From positions 1 to 64,000 of the IMG/VR virus record IMGVR_UViG_3300031994_000046: a stretch of DNA of 64,000 bases. The stretch is one strand, 5' to 3'. This document shows positions 40,163-51,500 of the stretch, one piece after another. The translations under genes were made by a program, and so were the position numbers. This DNA comes from a virus. Lineage: Duplodnaviria > Caudoviricetes. The notes under the pieces are model-generated. The model worked only from the letters and a program-made list of their open reading frames with translations. It was not told where the DNA came from and did not search any database. Position 1 is the stretch's first letter. Each line of letters starts with the position of its first letter.

Positions 40163-40210
40163 AAAATAGTTTACAAATATCAAGTAATTCAAATATTTAT
40201 AAACTATTTT
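40163..40210 (-). promoter_or_regulatory. Promoter (TTGAAT-N18-TATTTT) embedded in an 18-bp inverted repeat/terminator
   Basis: aaaatagtttacaaatat / atatttataaactatttt (17 of 18 match). Confidence 0.6.
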
Positions 40211-40211
40211 T

Positions 40212-40553
40212 TTAAATTGCTTTTACTAATGAATCTGCATCTTCAGGTTTCTTAGGATTTCCTAATTGATCTAATGCTTTCTTACAAGTACCATCATCTA
40301 ACCATTCATAATCAAAAAGCTTATTCTTAATTTTAACTTGTCCTTTGATTATGTTTGGTACTTCTTTCATATCAATATCAACAACAATAACCTGACGACC
40401 ATCTTTAGTCATAACAGGTTTTTCATCATTAAGCCATTGATCATCAATAGGATCACCCTTTGTTTCTAATATTGTTTGTTTAACATAAAGTTCTTCTTTA
40501 ATAGCTTCTTCTCTTAAAATAAAATCAACTATTGATTGCATATCAGTATTCAT
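40212..40553 (-). CDS. Hypothetical protein with tag-like N-terminus
   Basis: (MNTD)MQSIVDFILRE|E; PVMTKDGRQV motif; TTATTTTTA at 40564-40572. Confidence 0.65.
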   Translation of the reverse strand: MNTDMQSIVDFILREEAIKEELYVKQTILETKGDPIDDQWLNDEKPVMTKDGRQVIVVDIDMKEVPNIIKGQVKIKNKLFDYEWLDDGTCKKALDQLGNPKKPEDADSLVKAI

Positions 40554-40575
40554 GTTTATTTATTAAAAATAAATA

Positions 40576-41436
40576 CTATTCTTCATCTTCATCATATTCT
40601 TCTACTTCTTCTTCCTTAGGATCATAAATTCTACAAGAAAAATACTGTTCTACAAGATTCATTATCATTGACTTTAAATCTGTGTATATGTCTTCTATTG
40701 TCTTTTCTTCTGCGTTATTTAATGATTCATATACATCTTCATCAGTTTCCCATTCACAATAACAATAAGGAATTTCACTAAACTTTAAATTTTCTACTTC
40801 AGTCATTATAAATCCGTCACCGTCACAATTTCCATTAACAGTTTCATAAGTAATCAATACACCATCAAAAGTAAATTCTCCTTTTTTGTTTTTATTGATT
40901 TTATCAATTTTTATTGCAGCAGAACCTGATTCATAATTTTCCCAATAAAGAATCTTCCCAACAAATTTTTCAAAATTTTTTGTTTCTTTTTCAGAATTCA
41001 ACACTTCTTTTAATTCTTCACAATCATCAATAATCTGTTGGCATCTTCCCATTGGATCATCTTCAAAATCAAGATATCCAGTTTTATTAACGTGATGGTC
41101 AAATTCTCTTGTATAAGGAGCTTTATCTTTTTCTAATGGATCAAAACGATTTCCACCAACATTAGTATATTTTACTTTATGCCATAAATCACGTCCATCT
41201 GAAACTAATGAAATAATTTTTGAAATTGCTTCTTGCACATCTTTAGGATGCTCATCATATTTCTTACCAAGTTTCTTTTGTTTAGCTTTAATGATATTAC
41301 AATAAGCAATAATCAAATCACATGTTTCATATGTGTTTTTAACAAATTCACTTTCAGTTACTGGGTCTTCCCAATAGTTATTAAAATTGAATACCCAACA
41401 TTGTATATTATCAATAAGTTCTTCCTTTGTTGTCAT
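40576..41436 (-). CDS. Hypothetical acidic protein
   Basis: 286 aa ORF, starts MTTKEE. Confidence 0.75.
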   Translation of the reverse strand: MTTKEELIDNIQCWVFNFNNYWEDPVTESEFVKNTYETCDLIIAYCNIIKAKQKKLGKKYDEHPKDVQEAISKIISLVSDGRDLWHKVKYTNVGGNRFDPLEKDKAPYTREFDHHVNKTGYLDFEDDPMGRCQQIIDDCEELKEVLNSEKETKNFEKFVGKILYWENYESGSAAIKIDKINKNKKGEFTFDGVLITYETVNGNCDGDGFIMTEVENLKFSEIPYCYCEWETDEDVYESLNNAEEKTIEDIYTDLKSMIMNLVEQYFSCRIYDPKEEEVEEYDEDEE

Positions 41437-41441
41437 AACCT

Positions 41442-41549
41442 TTAATTCTTTTTAATATTTCTAAAATGTACATCATGATATTCACACCCAGTACAGTTAA
41501 TATCCATACAAAGTGAACAATATTTATCTATTTCTTTAATTGTTGCCAT
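41442..41549 (-). CDS. Small CxxC-CxxC protein (35 aa, not in ORF track)
   Basis: MATIKEIDKYCSLCMDINCTGCEYHDVHFRNIKKN. Confidence 0.55.
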   Translation of the reverse strand: MATIKEIDKYCSLCMDINCTGCEYHDVHFRNIKKN

Positions 41550-41551
41550 AG

Positions 41552-41944
41552 TTATTTAATTAAATTTTTCAAACAATATAAAATAGCTGCTTCACAAGCT
41601 TCCTCATAATTATTGTATGATGTGTCTTTGCTTGTTGATAGATACTTTTTTGTATCTAAGTTTTCTATTGTATATGCAAAATAATTAGTATCTTCAATAA
41701 AGAGAATAGTAATAAATATTTTATACACTTCTCTCAACCACTTCATTGCCATTTGAAGAGTTGGCATAGAGTAATAGGTTGGGTGTTCGTCATCATTGTA
41801 TGCACTACCTCCATTTGAACAGATAACGTATTCATCCTCATCCTCGTATTCGTCATAGAAATATTCACATTCCTCGTTAAACCCTTTCTTTTTTAAGAGT
41901 TTTGCCGTTTTAAAACTTACGTAGTCTTCTGTAATCGTTGCCAT
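41552..41944 (-). CDS. Hypothetical phage protein
   Basis: EDYVSFKTAKLLKKKGF...PTLQMAMKWLRE...YEEACEAAI. Confidence 0.8.
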   Translation of the reverse strand: MATITEDYVSFKTAKLLKKKGFNEECEYFYDEYEDEDEYVICSNGGSAYNDDEHPTYYSMPTLQMAMKWLREVYKIFITILFIEDTNYFAYTIENLDTKKYLSTSKDTSYNNYEEACEAAILYCLKNLIK

Positions 41945-41962
41945 AGTTATTTCTTTTATTAG

Positions 41963-42052
41963 TTAATACTTTGGTGGGTGGTTCCCATCAGGGTCAAAAT
42001 CCTCCTCATACACTTTTCTAATAATTCTTTCAGTTTCTTTAATTGTTGTCAT
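41963..42052 (-). CDS. Small hypothetical protein (29 aa, not in ORF track)
   Basis: MTTIKETERIIRKVYEEDFDPDGNHPPKY. Confidence 0.45.
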   Translation of the reverse strand: MTTIKETERIIRKVYEEDFDPDGNHPPKY

Positions 42053-42054
42053 AA

Positions 42055-42549
42055 TTATTTTACTTTATTTTTTATATCTTCATACATAACATAATTTACT
42101 TGAGCACAACTTATTGGCATAGAAACATACCACCCATCTCCATAAAAGTATTTATGTATTTTATCTAATAAATTATTTTCATCTTCAGTATAATCTTTAA
42201 TCCAAGGACCACACATATCATTTCCTTTTGTCGCATCCCACCATTCATTATATCCGACTTGTGCCTTTTGAATTATATTATTCCATAGTATTCTTTCATC
42301 ATTAGTTAACTTATATTTTAACTTTGTCTTAAACCAAAATTTAATTCTATTCCAACTAAAGAAGAGATAAAACATTGCAATAACTTCTATAGTAATTAAT
42401 ACTACATTTCCTATTATGAATATATTTTCATTTTTAGTTATTCCTGTAGCTATCAATATTCCAATGAATCCAAAGAATGATATTGGAAACATTAGATCAT
42501 AAATTATATTATATATTTTAGCTCCACATGCATTCATAATCACTAACAA
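42055..42549 (-). CDS. Membrane protein, two TM helices
   Basis: Two N-terminal hydrophobic segments. Confidence 0.7.
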   Translation of the reverse strand: MLVIMNACGAKIYNIIYDLMFPISFFGFIGILIATGITKNENIFIIGNVVLITIEVIAMFYLFFSWNRIKFWFKTKLKYKLTNDERILWNNIIQKAQVGYNEWWDATKGNDMCGPWIKDYTEDENNLLDKIHKYFYGDGWYVSMPISCAQVNYVMYEDIKNKVK

Positions 42550-42553
42550 ATTT

Positions 42554-42775
42554 TTATTTTAATTTTTTCCACAATTTATAATATTTTTGATTTTCTTGGA
42601 ATTCTTTCATTGATTTCATTTTAATTTCTTCCCAAATCTCATCATATTTTTGACGTTCTTTAATTTTCTTTAAAGCTTCTGTGAAATCAACTTCCCATCC
42701 ATTTCCACCACCTCGTAAAAACTCAATTCTTTTTATTTTATTCCAAGTTTCAATATCAAATCCATAATTTGGCAT
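42554..42775 (-). CDS. Hypothetical protein
   Basis: 73 aa, operon-packed. Confidence 0.6.
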   Translation of the reverse strand: MPNYGFDIETWNKIKRIEFLRGGGNGWEVDFTEALKKIKERQKYDEIWEEIKMKSMKEFQENQKYYKLWKKLK

Positions 42776-42777
42776 AA

Positions 42778-43287
42778 TTATTGCATATTTATTACTAAAT
42801 CATCAAACCCAAATAATTCTAATATATATTTTTTCATAAAATACATATTTTGTTGAACACAACCAGTACTATCAATAGTTAGATAATCTTTATTATATCC
42901 TTCTTTTATATGAATCTTTTCTTCTATTGATTCATTTCCAAAAATAATTTCATATATAATTAATGGACGTATATATTTATCAAAATCATTAACAAATCGT
43001 TGTAACGCCTGTTGAGTTTCAATTTTAATATATTCTAAGTTTGTATAAGAAGCTAATTCAAATACATGAGAATTATAAATATTATTAATAATTTCATAAC
43101 AATCTTTTATAAATAATTGATGAACATATTCTATATGATCTCTAATCTTATCATATTCTTCATCAATATCTATACGTCTTAATTCATGATTTACACGTTT
43201 CTGAATTAATTCATTTGTCATACAATGTAAATCATCAATCATTGATTGTAGTTCATTATGCATTATTAAATAATCTCTACTTTCCAT
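42778..43287 (-). CDS. Hypothetical protein
   Basis: 169 aa, operon-packed. Confidence 0.65.
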   Translation of the reverse strand: MESRDYLIMHNELQSMIDDLHCMTNELIQKRVNHELRRIDIDEEYDKIRDHIEYVHQLFIKDCYEIINNIYNSHVFELASYTNLEYIKIETQQALQRFVNDFDKYIRPLIIYEIIFGNESIEEKIHIKEGYNKDYLTIDSTGCVQQNMYFMKKYILELFGFDDLVINMQ

Positions 43288-43426
43288 ATAATTCTTCTCT
43301 TATTATTTTTCTCCAATTACAATATGCAGGACATGATAGACAACATGGAATTAACCTACATGCTTTAGGAAGACGTGGATCATATATATGATTATCTTTC
43401 AACCACTTCTTTATTTTCTGTATCAT
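43277..43426 (-). CDS. Small Cys-rich protein (49 aa, not in ORF track)
   Basis: MIQKIKKWLKDNHIYDPRLPKACRLIPCCLSCPAYCNWRKNNKRELYGK fills the gap. Confidence 0.5.
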   Translation of the reverse strand: MIQKIKKWLKDNHIYDPRLPKACRLIPCCLSCPAYCNWRKIIREELYGK

Positions 43427-44207
43427 ATTCTTCCATCAATTTTTTCATTCTTGCTTCACATTCAGCTTTCTTAGCAGCTACTTGATCTTTCCATTTTTTG
43501 TCCCATTTCTCTTTCCAATCAGGACCGTCTTCCTCTTCCATTACTTCTTCAAAATCATCCCCATAGTAATCTTGCTCCCAGAAAAGCAATGGATTCCTTT
43601 CTTCTATTTCAATGTCTACATCATAATGATCTTTCCACCATTTCTTAACAGTTTCTATGCTTCCTGATGGTGAACATCTCATACATACTGTATTTCTGAA
43701 CTTCTGTTCATCTGAATTAAAGCAATAGAAATTCTTACATGTTGATACAAGTTCCATAACTTTATCTGTTACTTTTTGTGCAACAGCTTCAGCAATTTCT
43801 CCATTGCCATCATATTCATCCTCAATTATATTTAAAATATGTTCTTTCAATGGTGGAACCTTTTCATAACTCCTATATCCTGAATGATGTCCATGTTCAT
43901 CATCATATGCTTTAATATATTTATCTTTAGAACCACCATTATTAAAATAATCTTCAAGAACTTCAATATTATCTTTCCATTCAGATTCTATTCTATAAGC
44001 TTTCATATATTTATCCATGATATATAAAAACTCTTCGTATGACAAATAATGACGATCATATATAGGACCATCTTTTTTCTCATCAATTTTACCTGCTTTG
44101 ACTTCGGCAATTATATTATCCCAATCTGCAGCAGGTTGAGCTTTTGCAAACATTTCACGAATGCAGTCCTCATATGCTTTACATAATACTTGTTCTCTAT
44201 CTAACAT
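43392..44207 (-). CDS. Hypothetical protein
   Basis: 271 aa ORF. Confidence 0.75.
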   Translation of the reverse strand: MLDREQVLCKAYEDCIREMFAKAQPAADWDNIIAEVKAGKIDEKKDGPIYDRHYLSYEEFLYIMDKYMKAYRIESEWKDNIEVLEDYFNNGGSKDKYIKAYDDEHGHHSGYRSYEKVPPLKEHILNIIEDEYDGNGEIAEAVAQKVTDKVMELVSTCKNFYCFNSDEQKFRNTVCMRCSPSGSIETVKKWWKDHYDVDIEIEERNPLLFWEQDYYGDDFEEVMEEEDGPDWKEKWDKKWKDQVAAKKAECEARMKKLMEEYDTENKEVVER

Positions 44208-44499
44208 AATGTATATTTAATGTATTATCTTTAAAGAATTTAATCTTACAATATTTTGTGGCATAATTATAATCAATATAAGTATATTTAACACCATTAA
44301 CCATTAAATATTCTGGAGTACCTTTAGGATTTGCATATTCATAATTTCCATTAAAGATATCTTTCCATGATGTATTCTTTGTTACATTTGTAGTAACCAT
44401 AACAGGATACCCATTAGAATAATCAATTACAAACGTATTCTTTGGATTAAGACATGTAAATAATTTTTCTTCGTGATTAAATAAATAATCTGTTTTCAT
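44197..44499 (-). CDS. Hypothetical protein
   Basis: 100 aa, operon-packed. Confidence 0.65.
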   Translation of the reverse strand: MKTDYLFNHEEKLFTCLNPKNTFVIDYSNGYPVMVTTNVTKNTSWKDIFNGNYEYANPKGTPEYLMVNGVKYTYIDYNYATKYCKIKFFKDNTLNIHYVR

Positions 44500-44502
44500 A
44501 AT

Positions 44503-45093
44503 TTATACAAGTTTAGTCTTTACACAATTTGCAACCATACCACCATTAACTCTTTCAAATGCAGCTTTTACTTCGTTAATGACTTTACCCATAAATTTCT
44601 TTTCAATACCAGTTGGATAATATTCATTCAAATATTCCATAACATCTGCTTCAGTTGCTTCCTTAGGTAAGAACTCAGAAAGTACATCATATTCAAACTG
44701 TTCCTTTTCAACTAATTCAGGACGACCTGCATTTGCATATGCTTTAATATTCTTTTCACGTACTCTTACCATTTCTGTAATGATAATCTTTTGGATATCA
44801 TCAGGAAGCAATTCAATACGTTCATTCATATCCTGGTCAAAAACAGTCACTTCAACATCATTACCATTCTTATCCTTTACTTTATCTATATGTGATGGGT
44901 ATAAAGGATTATTGTCATCCTTTTTAAATTTTAAAATATTTTCAAAGTTTTCTGTATCAGTTAAATACTCCATGAATGCAGTCTTAATGAACTTCATTAC
45001 TGATAATCTCTTCTTAAGAATATTTTTTGTATTCTCATCACTAGCATCCTTGATAGATACCATTACATTTTTAATTTCCTTGTTAATATTCAT
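44503..45093 (-). CDS. GatB/YqeY domain protein
   Basis: LSVMKFIKTA..., AYANAGRPELVEKEQFEYDVLSEFLPK, KFMGKVI...NGG.V. Confidence 0.85.
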   Translation of the reverse strand: MNINKEIKNVMVSIKDASDENTKNILKKRLSVMKFIKTAFMEYLTDTENFENILKFKKDDNNPLYPSHIDKVKDKNGNDVEVTVFDQDMNERIELLPDDIQKIIITEMVRVREKNIKAYANAGRPELVEKEQFEYDVLSEFLPKEATEADVMEYLNEYYPTGIEKKFMGKVINEVKAAFERVNGGMVANCVKTKLV

Positions 45094-45094
45094 A

Positions 45095-45295
45095 TTATTT
45101 TTCTAATAAAGATATATAATTTACAATAAATTGAATGCCGTTTAAAATAAGTAATGGCAACACTGGCACAATATACCATTTACTAATTGGTACATTTTCA
45201 TTATCACAATTAATAAACATAATAAGTATTGTAAATAAGTATAATAAAGTCAATATACTACCAAATGTTAACCAAAATTTACCGTGATTACTCAT
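45095..45295 (-). CDS. Small membrane protein (two TM helices)
   Basis: 66 aa, hydrophobic. Confidence 0.6.
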   Translation of the reverse strand: MSNHGKFWLTFGSILTLLYLFTILIMFINCDNENVPISKWYIVPVLPLLILNGIQFIVNYISLLEK

Positions 45296-45307
45296 AAATA
45301 TATAAAC

Positions 45308-46048
45308 TTAATTTATATACTGTTTAATAAATTCCTTTGTTGAATTAATAAAATTACATTTATCAGATACTGCCCAATTAAGATATCCTTGATCATATTT
45401 TGCAATATATTCAAGTGATACTCCACGATACTTTCCAATAGTCATACATGGTTTGATATCTCCGTTAAAATCCATTTCCTTGATTACTCCGTCTTCACCA
45501 AGCATTTTCTCTGGTCCATATTCTTGTTCAGATTGTTGAGCATAATATACTGCATATGTAGCTTTAATATCGGAGAATGCATCATGAGCATTTAATCCAG
45601 CTTCCTCCATAGTCTTACCCTTATATTTCTTATATGTATTTTCAAGAGTAATTCCATGACGACGTTTCTCTTCAAGGAATGCATCAAAACATTTACGATT
45701 CATAAAATCAATATCATACCCATATTTATTTAGTTCTGACTTTAAGAATGGAATATCAAAACCATTACCATTATAAGTAAGAATATCATTATCACCAATG
45801 AATTCAATAATCTTTGGTGCAACATCTGCGAGTGTTGGTTTATCTTTTAAGAATTCTGGAGTGATATGATGCTTAAAATAAGCAGCAATATCAATATGCC
45901 ATGAATCTCCAGTTGGACAGATGTAAAGATTTAATTCGTCTTCAATTTTATTTGTTTCAGTATCAATCTTTAATCCTGCAAACTGAATAATCTGGTCTTT
46001 TGTTCTATCAAGACCAGTTGTCTCTAAATCAAATACTACTAACTTCAT
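45308..46048 (-). CDS. DEDDh 3'-5' exonuclease (DnaQ/ExoX-like)
   Basis: VFDLETTG, YNGNGFDIPFL, AHDAFSD; C-terminal GKYRG...GYLNW module. Confidence 0.9.
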   Translation of the reverse strand: MKLVVFDLETTGLDRTKDQIIQFAGLKIDTETNKIEDELNLYICPTGDSWHIDIAAYFKHHITPEFLKDKPTLADVAPKIIEFIGDNDILTYNGNGFDIPFLKSELNKYGYDIDFMNRKCFDAFLEEKRRHGITLENTYKKYKGKTMEEAGLNAHDAFSDIKATYAVYYAQQSEQEYGPEKMLGEDGVIKEMDFNGDIKPCMTIGKYRGVSLEYIAKYDQGYLNWAVSDKCNFINSTKEFIKQYIN

Positions 46049-46051
46049 AAC

Positions 46052-46504
46052 TTATTTATTATCTGTATCTAAGCAATACCAATCAATGGCATCACAAATT
46101 TGTTTCTTTAATTCTTCTTTTGTATATGTTTTACCAAATCTTCTATTAAACACTTCCTTTAATGTTTCTACAACTTGATAATTATCCCATCCTTTTGGTT
46201 CTTTACCCCAACATGGTACATATTCAATTGATTCTTCTTGAGGAAAATCATATCCACGATCTTCAAGATAATGATATAAATCATCTTCATAAAATTCATC
46301 TAATATATCATTATCCCAAATACGATGATCATCCAAATCAATCTCTACCTTTTGATCTAATTCTGTTTTATCATCTATTTCATACTTTGCACATATTCGT
46401 TTACTTTTTTCTTTATTGAATATGTAAGTATCAAAAAGATAACAGAATATATTTTTTGCACCTATAGCATCAAGAAGTTCTCTTGTATAAAGATTCAAAT
46501 ACAT
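46052..46504 (-). CDS. Hypothetical protein
   Basis: 150 aa ORF. Confidence 0.7.
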   Translation of the reverse strand: MYLNLYTRELLDAIGAKNIFCYLFDTYIFNKEKSKRICAKYEIDDKTELDQKVEIDLDDHRIWDNDILDEFYEDDLYHYLEDRGYDFPQEESIEYVPCWGKEPKGWDNYQVVETLKEVFNRRFGKTYTKEELKKQICDAIDWYCLDTDNK

Positions 46505-46593
46505 ATAACTTATTAAAGATTAAAAGTATAATACTTATTAATATCTTTCAATACTAATAAATACTATACTTTATGTTTTCTTAGTATTAATTA

Positions 46594-47073
46594 TTACTCA
46601 TCAGTTTCATCAGGTGTATATCCTGTCAAAAAATCAACATGTTCATTACACTTTTGAATTGCAGATACACAATTCTCTGCCTTAATATCAAAATCATTAG
46701 AAATCTTCAATAACTCACTTTGAATTACATCATAAATATATGCAGCTGTATCAAATGCTCCAGACTGAGCACGTGTCAAAGCAATCTTCTTACCAAGGTC
46801 AGCATCAAATGTATCCTCAGGAGCACAATCAGCAAAAGCTACAATTTGTGTTGTAACATAAGGATTAATTTCTCCAGATTCATCCTCAATCCATTCAACA
46901 CTAAATTCCTTATTGAAAAGCTTATAAATACGTTCATTATGTACAAGCATTTCAGCAAATGGCATCTTAGTAAGATTCAAACCAAAAATCAAATGACAAG
47001 CAACTACATTCTTCTTAGGATTAACGTTATAATTTACTTTCAAATAACGTACACCAGTCTTTTTTCTATTCAT
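46594..47073 (-). CDS. Hypothetical phage protein with CxPxDxF...GxxIAxxRA motif
   Basis: ADCAPEDTFDADLGKKIALTRA. Confidence 0.75.
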   Translation of the reverse strand: MNRKKTGVRYLKVNYNVNPKKNVVACHLIFGLNLTKMPFAEMLVHNERIYKLFNKEFSVEWIEDESGEINPYVTTQIVAFADCAPEDTFDADLGKKIALTRAQSGAFDTAAYIYDVIQSELLKISNDFDIKAENCVSAIQKCNEHVDFLTGYTPDETDE

Positions 47074-47121
47074 ATAAATTTTATTTTTAATTGTTAATTA
47101 ATATTTAAATTGTTATATTTA

Positions 47122-47230
47122 TATATAGTTAAATGATTAATATTCATTCAATATTTTAACCATATTAACAATATTTAAAAAATTATAAATTAGATTAATA
47201 AAAATATAGAAACATATTGATATAATTCAA
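47122..47230 (-). promoter_or_regulatory. Two tandem sigma70-like promoters at the strand switch
   Basis: TTGAAT-N18-TATATA (47122-47151) and TTGAAT-N16-TATATT (47203-47230). Confidence 0.5.
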
Positions 47231-47288
47231 TATATTTTAATATTATAATTTATTTTTAATAAAATAGTTAAATCATTTAAATTATATA

Positions 47289-48548
47289 ATGAAACGTAAG
47301 ACAAATTTATTCTATACAGAAGGGCCTGATAGTAAGTTTTTGACATTTAGTAACTATACAGAATCTATGACAGGAAACTTCTTAAGTGTTGATACTAAGA
47401 TATTTCCTTCAAGATTTTTATGTTTAGCTATTGATAATTTGACTAATAAGACTAAGCCAAAGTTAATACAATATTTAGCAGCATATTATGAAAATAAGAT
47501 GGCATTCCTTCGTGATAATATTGAAAAACATGAAAAAGGATTATGTCCAATAGCTTATCTTTTAGAAGCACTTAATAAAATATTATACTTTAATGAAGAA
47601 ACAGGTCATAATGAATTACGCACATATGAAGAATCTGATGAATTGATGCCTAACACAGAAGGTGAATTCAATTTAAATATGTATTCTGCTGATATAACAG
47701 AACAAGACTATAATGGAATATATACAGATATTATATGTACAATTGATTTAAATGAAATTAAGAAGGTTAAAGTAAATTTTGATGAAGACATAAGTATAAC
47801 AACTATTGATTATGATTATGAAGGAATATATGGGTGGGATGACATATCTAATATTCCTGGTTATGAAAATGTGACTCCTATTTTTGATTTCAATGGTGGA
47901 TATGAAATTAATACAAATATTAAATCATTAGAATTCTTAAAGAACAATGAACAGATTAACAAATTAGAATTCAATTGTATCATACCATTATATGAAGTTA
48001 CAAATATAAACTATAAGACAAATTATACAATACTTGGTTATGATGATTATGATGAAGATACTGGATCATATTTTGTTAATTTGAATAATATTAATAAATA
48101 TCGTCATAATGTGCCATTAGGAATATGGTTTAATGGGGATGATGATACAGATTCATTCATTACAATCATAAGAGATTCATTAACTGGAATGTCTCCAGTC
48201 TGGTCATTATTGATTAGCACACAATTTAAACCATTCCCATATTCAACAAAATATGAGATAGATGCAATCAATTCTGAAAAGGGAGCTTCATTTGGAACAT
48301 TCTCTCAAGTTCTTATAAGACTTAATCAAGTAATGGATAAGTTTGAAAAGACAAATAATAGGATATCTGGTTTAGAAGCTCGTATAAATGAAATAGAGAC
48401 AACATTAAATAACATAAGTAGTGTTAAATCTTTAGATAGATTACAAGCGAAAATGAATACTTTAGATAATGATTTACATAATGATATGAATACATTCAAG
48501 GAAGAAATTAAATCAATTATCGATAATATTAAATGGAAATATCAATAA
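47289..48548 (+). CDS. Putative virion structural protein (C-terminal coiled coil)
   Basis: 419 aa, first gene of the late plus-strand operon; TTATTTTTA at 47250. Confidence 0.6.
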   Translation: MKRKTNLFYTEGPDSKFLTFSNYTESMTGNFLSVDTKIFPSRFLCLAIDNLTNKTKPKLIQYLAAYYENKMAFLRDNIEKHEKGLCPIAYLLEALNKILYFNEETGHNELRTYEESDELMPNTEGEFNLNMYSADITEQDYNGIYTDIICTIDLNEIKKVKVNFDEDISITTIDYDYEGIYGWDDISNIPGYENVTPIFDFNGGYEINTNIKSLEFLKNNEQINKLEFNCIIPLYEVTNINYKTNYTILGYDDYDEDTGSYFVNLNNINKYRHNVPLGIWFNGDDDTDSFITIIRDSLTGMSPVWSLLISTQFKPFPYSTKYEIDAINSEKGASFGTFSQVLIRLNQVMDKFEKTNNRISGLEARINEIETTLNNISSVKSLDRLQAKMNTLDNDLHNDMNTFKEEIKSIIDNIKWKYQ

Positions 48549-48561
48549 ATAATTATTAAGT

Positions 48562-51500
48562 ATGAATAATCTTGAAAACTTAAATACATCTAGTTCACTT
48601 AAAGAATATTACATTAATTTAGAAAAGATGATGGATAATGCTGTTAGTATGCTTAATGCTATCAATCAAGCATTGTCTACTTCATCATCTGAAATAAGTA
48701 TCAATATTATAAATGGTGACAATACTACATCTACAATACGAATACCTTCATTTTTGTATTTAGAGAATAAAATAGAACAATTAGGTAATATTATTGATAA
48801 CTTATTTGACATCCCTAAATCAGGAGAAGCTTGGTTTAATAGAAGTTCCGATATGTTTAAATTGGAATTAGTAAAATCAAATAATGCTCCTATTATTCCT
48901 GTTGTGTCTAATAAAGATTCATTAGGATTTAATGTTAAAGACAATAATATATTCAAAGATTTAGTCAATCCTAAGACATACATAAGATTCAATTTAAAAA
49001 ACATAACAGATAATATCAATGATATATTTGTTAAGAAGATTGTTTTATTTGATGAAAGTGATGCAGATTATTTATTGAACTATAAGACATATAATGATAT
49101 TAAGAATGCATTATATAATAAGACATTGGGTGTTGATTATGAAGAATATGATTCTACTATAAAGATGCCTATAAAGGAAGATAAGTATATTGGGGAATTT
49201 AAGATTAAAGAACTTCCTGATGATACCGAAAATCCTTATTATTCAAATGGTGACAGTGCAACAGGATCATTAAGATATATTGTTCGTGTTGATCATATAC
49301 AGTATTTTGATAAAGAAGATTCATCAATATCTCATACGTTACAAAAAGGACAATATCTTTGTCTTCCAAATAGTTATGCAGTATATAAGATAATAGATGT
49401 ACAGACAATAAACAATTCTTCAAATACAAATGATTTAAATGATCATATATTGATACTTGAAGAATCAATTGGACATATAGCATTACAGACATATGAAGAG
49501 AATTCTGAAATGATTTTAGAATTATATTCAACTTCATATGACCAATATCATTATATTGATATTCCTTTGGAAGAAAATCCTCGTATCATTCTTTTCATAG
49601 GATCAATGTATAATAATATAAAGAGTACATTATCTGAAGCCATTCATCTTAATTTGAATGATATCTATATGAAAGATGATAATGGAAATCTTATGTTAGA
49701 TAATACTGGTAATAAGATATCATATATTTCATACTATAAGAAGTATTGTAAGAACATTGGTGATATGATGGTTGGATTTACTGAATTGTCATATCCTCAG
49801 ACATCTAATTATACTAATGCTCAATTGAAACGTCTTACTGATTCTGAAGAAATGAAAAATATGGTTACTAAATCATTATATTTAGATGAAGAACCAATAT
49901 ATAAAGTAACACGTATCAATAAGCATCTAATTGATGATGATACTTCAGAAAATATCATTAAGCTACATGAACAGAAGAATGAAATCAATTCACAGTTAAG
50001 ATCTGTTCAGGACAATGTTGACCAAGTGTATTCTCAATTGACAACAACAGATTTTTCACAAGAATCTACAGTTACTCAGTCATCATTAAAAGAAAAACTT
50101 AATGAATACTATAATGAACGTATAACATTAGAAAAACAATTACTTAGTGTAATTGAAAATATAAATCAAATTCAAAATGAAGTTCAAGGCATTAGTTCAC
50201 CTAAATATAGAATAAGAGGTATTACTGATGCAAGTGATAAATATGATTCATCTATTGAATCTCCTATTGTAGCATATATACATGAAAACTTTGGTAAAGA
50301 ATGTAATCTTATAGGATTAGATGTTGAATATAAATATAAGTCAATATCTAAAGATTCAACATCTGTTACAAATTTATCTGATGTCATATTTACAGATTGG
50401 AATAAATATTCTAATATTGAAAGAGAAAGATTCTTAAAATTCAATACTGATTCTAATACATATGAAATTGCTTTCTCTAACTATAATACAACAACCAATG
50501 TCATAAAATGGAACCAAATAGATATTCCAATCAATCAAGGAGAAGATGTAATTGTTCGTATAAGATATAAACTTAATGTAGGTCAGCCATTCATTAACTT
50601 ATATACACCATGGTCGAATGAAATAACTGTAGAATTTCCAGTTGAATATACTGAGACAAATGAAATAACTTCAATATTAGATACTAATGCTGAAGATAAT
50701 CGTAATGCACAGTTTATGAAGACTTTGGTTAATGATGGATATGAAGAACATATAACAAATAAGATTGTTGATAATTCTCAAGTATTCTATCATATGCCAG
50801 AAAACATTTATTCAGGATTTAATACTCCTGAAAATAAAATGGTGTCATTAAAAGATAAACTTACAGAAATGAATAATGACATCACTGAATATAAAGCAAC
50901 AGTAAATAATGAAATATTTAGTAAGTATGCTGTATACTTAGAATGGGATAACAGTACATTAGAATTATCAAATTCTACATCTAATAATATTGTTATTAAT
51001 GAACTTATCAATGGTACTACAGATACATTCATTAAGAAAGAATTGAATATTGTAATTAAAAACACCGGAAGTACACCTATTAAGTTCTATAGTATATTCC
51101 CAGGAAACATTGATACACCATTGTTAATGTCAGATAATACTTATTATAACCAATATGTAAAGGACTATGAAAGAGTTCCAATGCTTAAACGTGGTTCATC
51201 AGTATTGTCAGAATGTGTGATGCCTCAATACTTAGGTCAATGGATTTATTTTAGACAGACAAATCCATATACACAAGAATCATTATATTTAGATGAGCTT
51301 ACACAACGCCAAGAAGATATCAATTCAATAGATAATGGAATTAAATCAAACTTCATAGGTACATTATCTAGTTATATCAATTCAAACGATAAACAACCTT
51401 TATTATGTTATCGTAGACGTAGCGAGACAACAACATTATTATCAAATCCATTAGGATTTTTAGATATATCAGAATCTGCAATTACATATAGTAAACCTAA

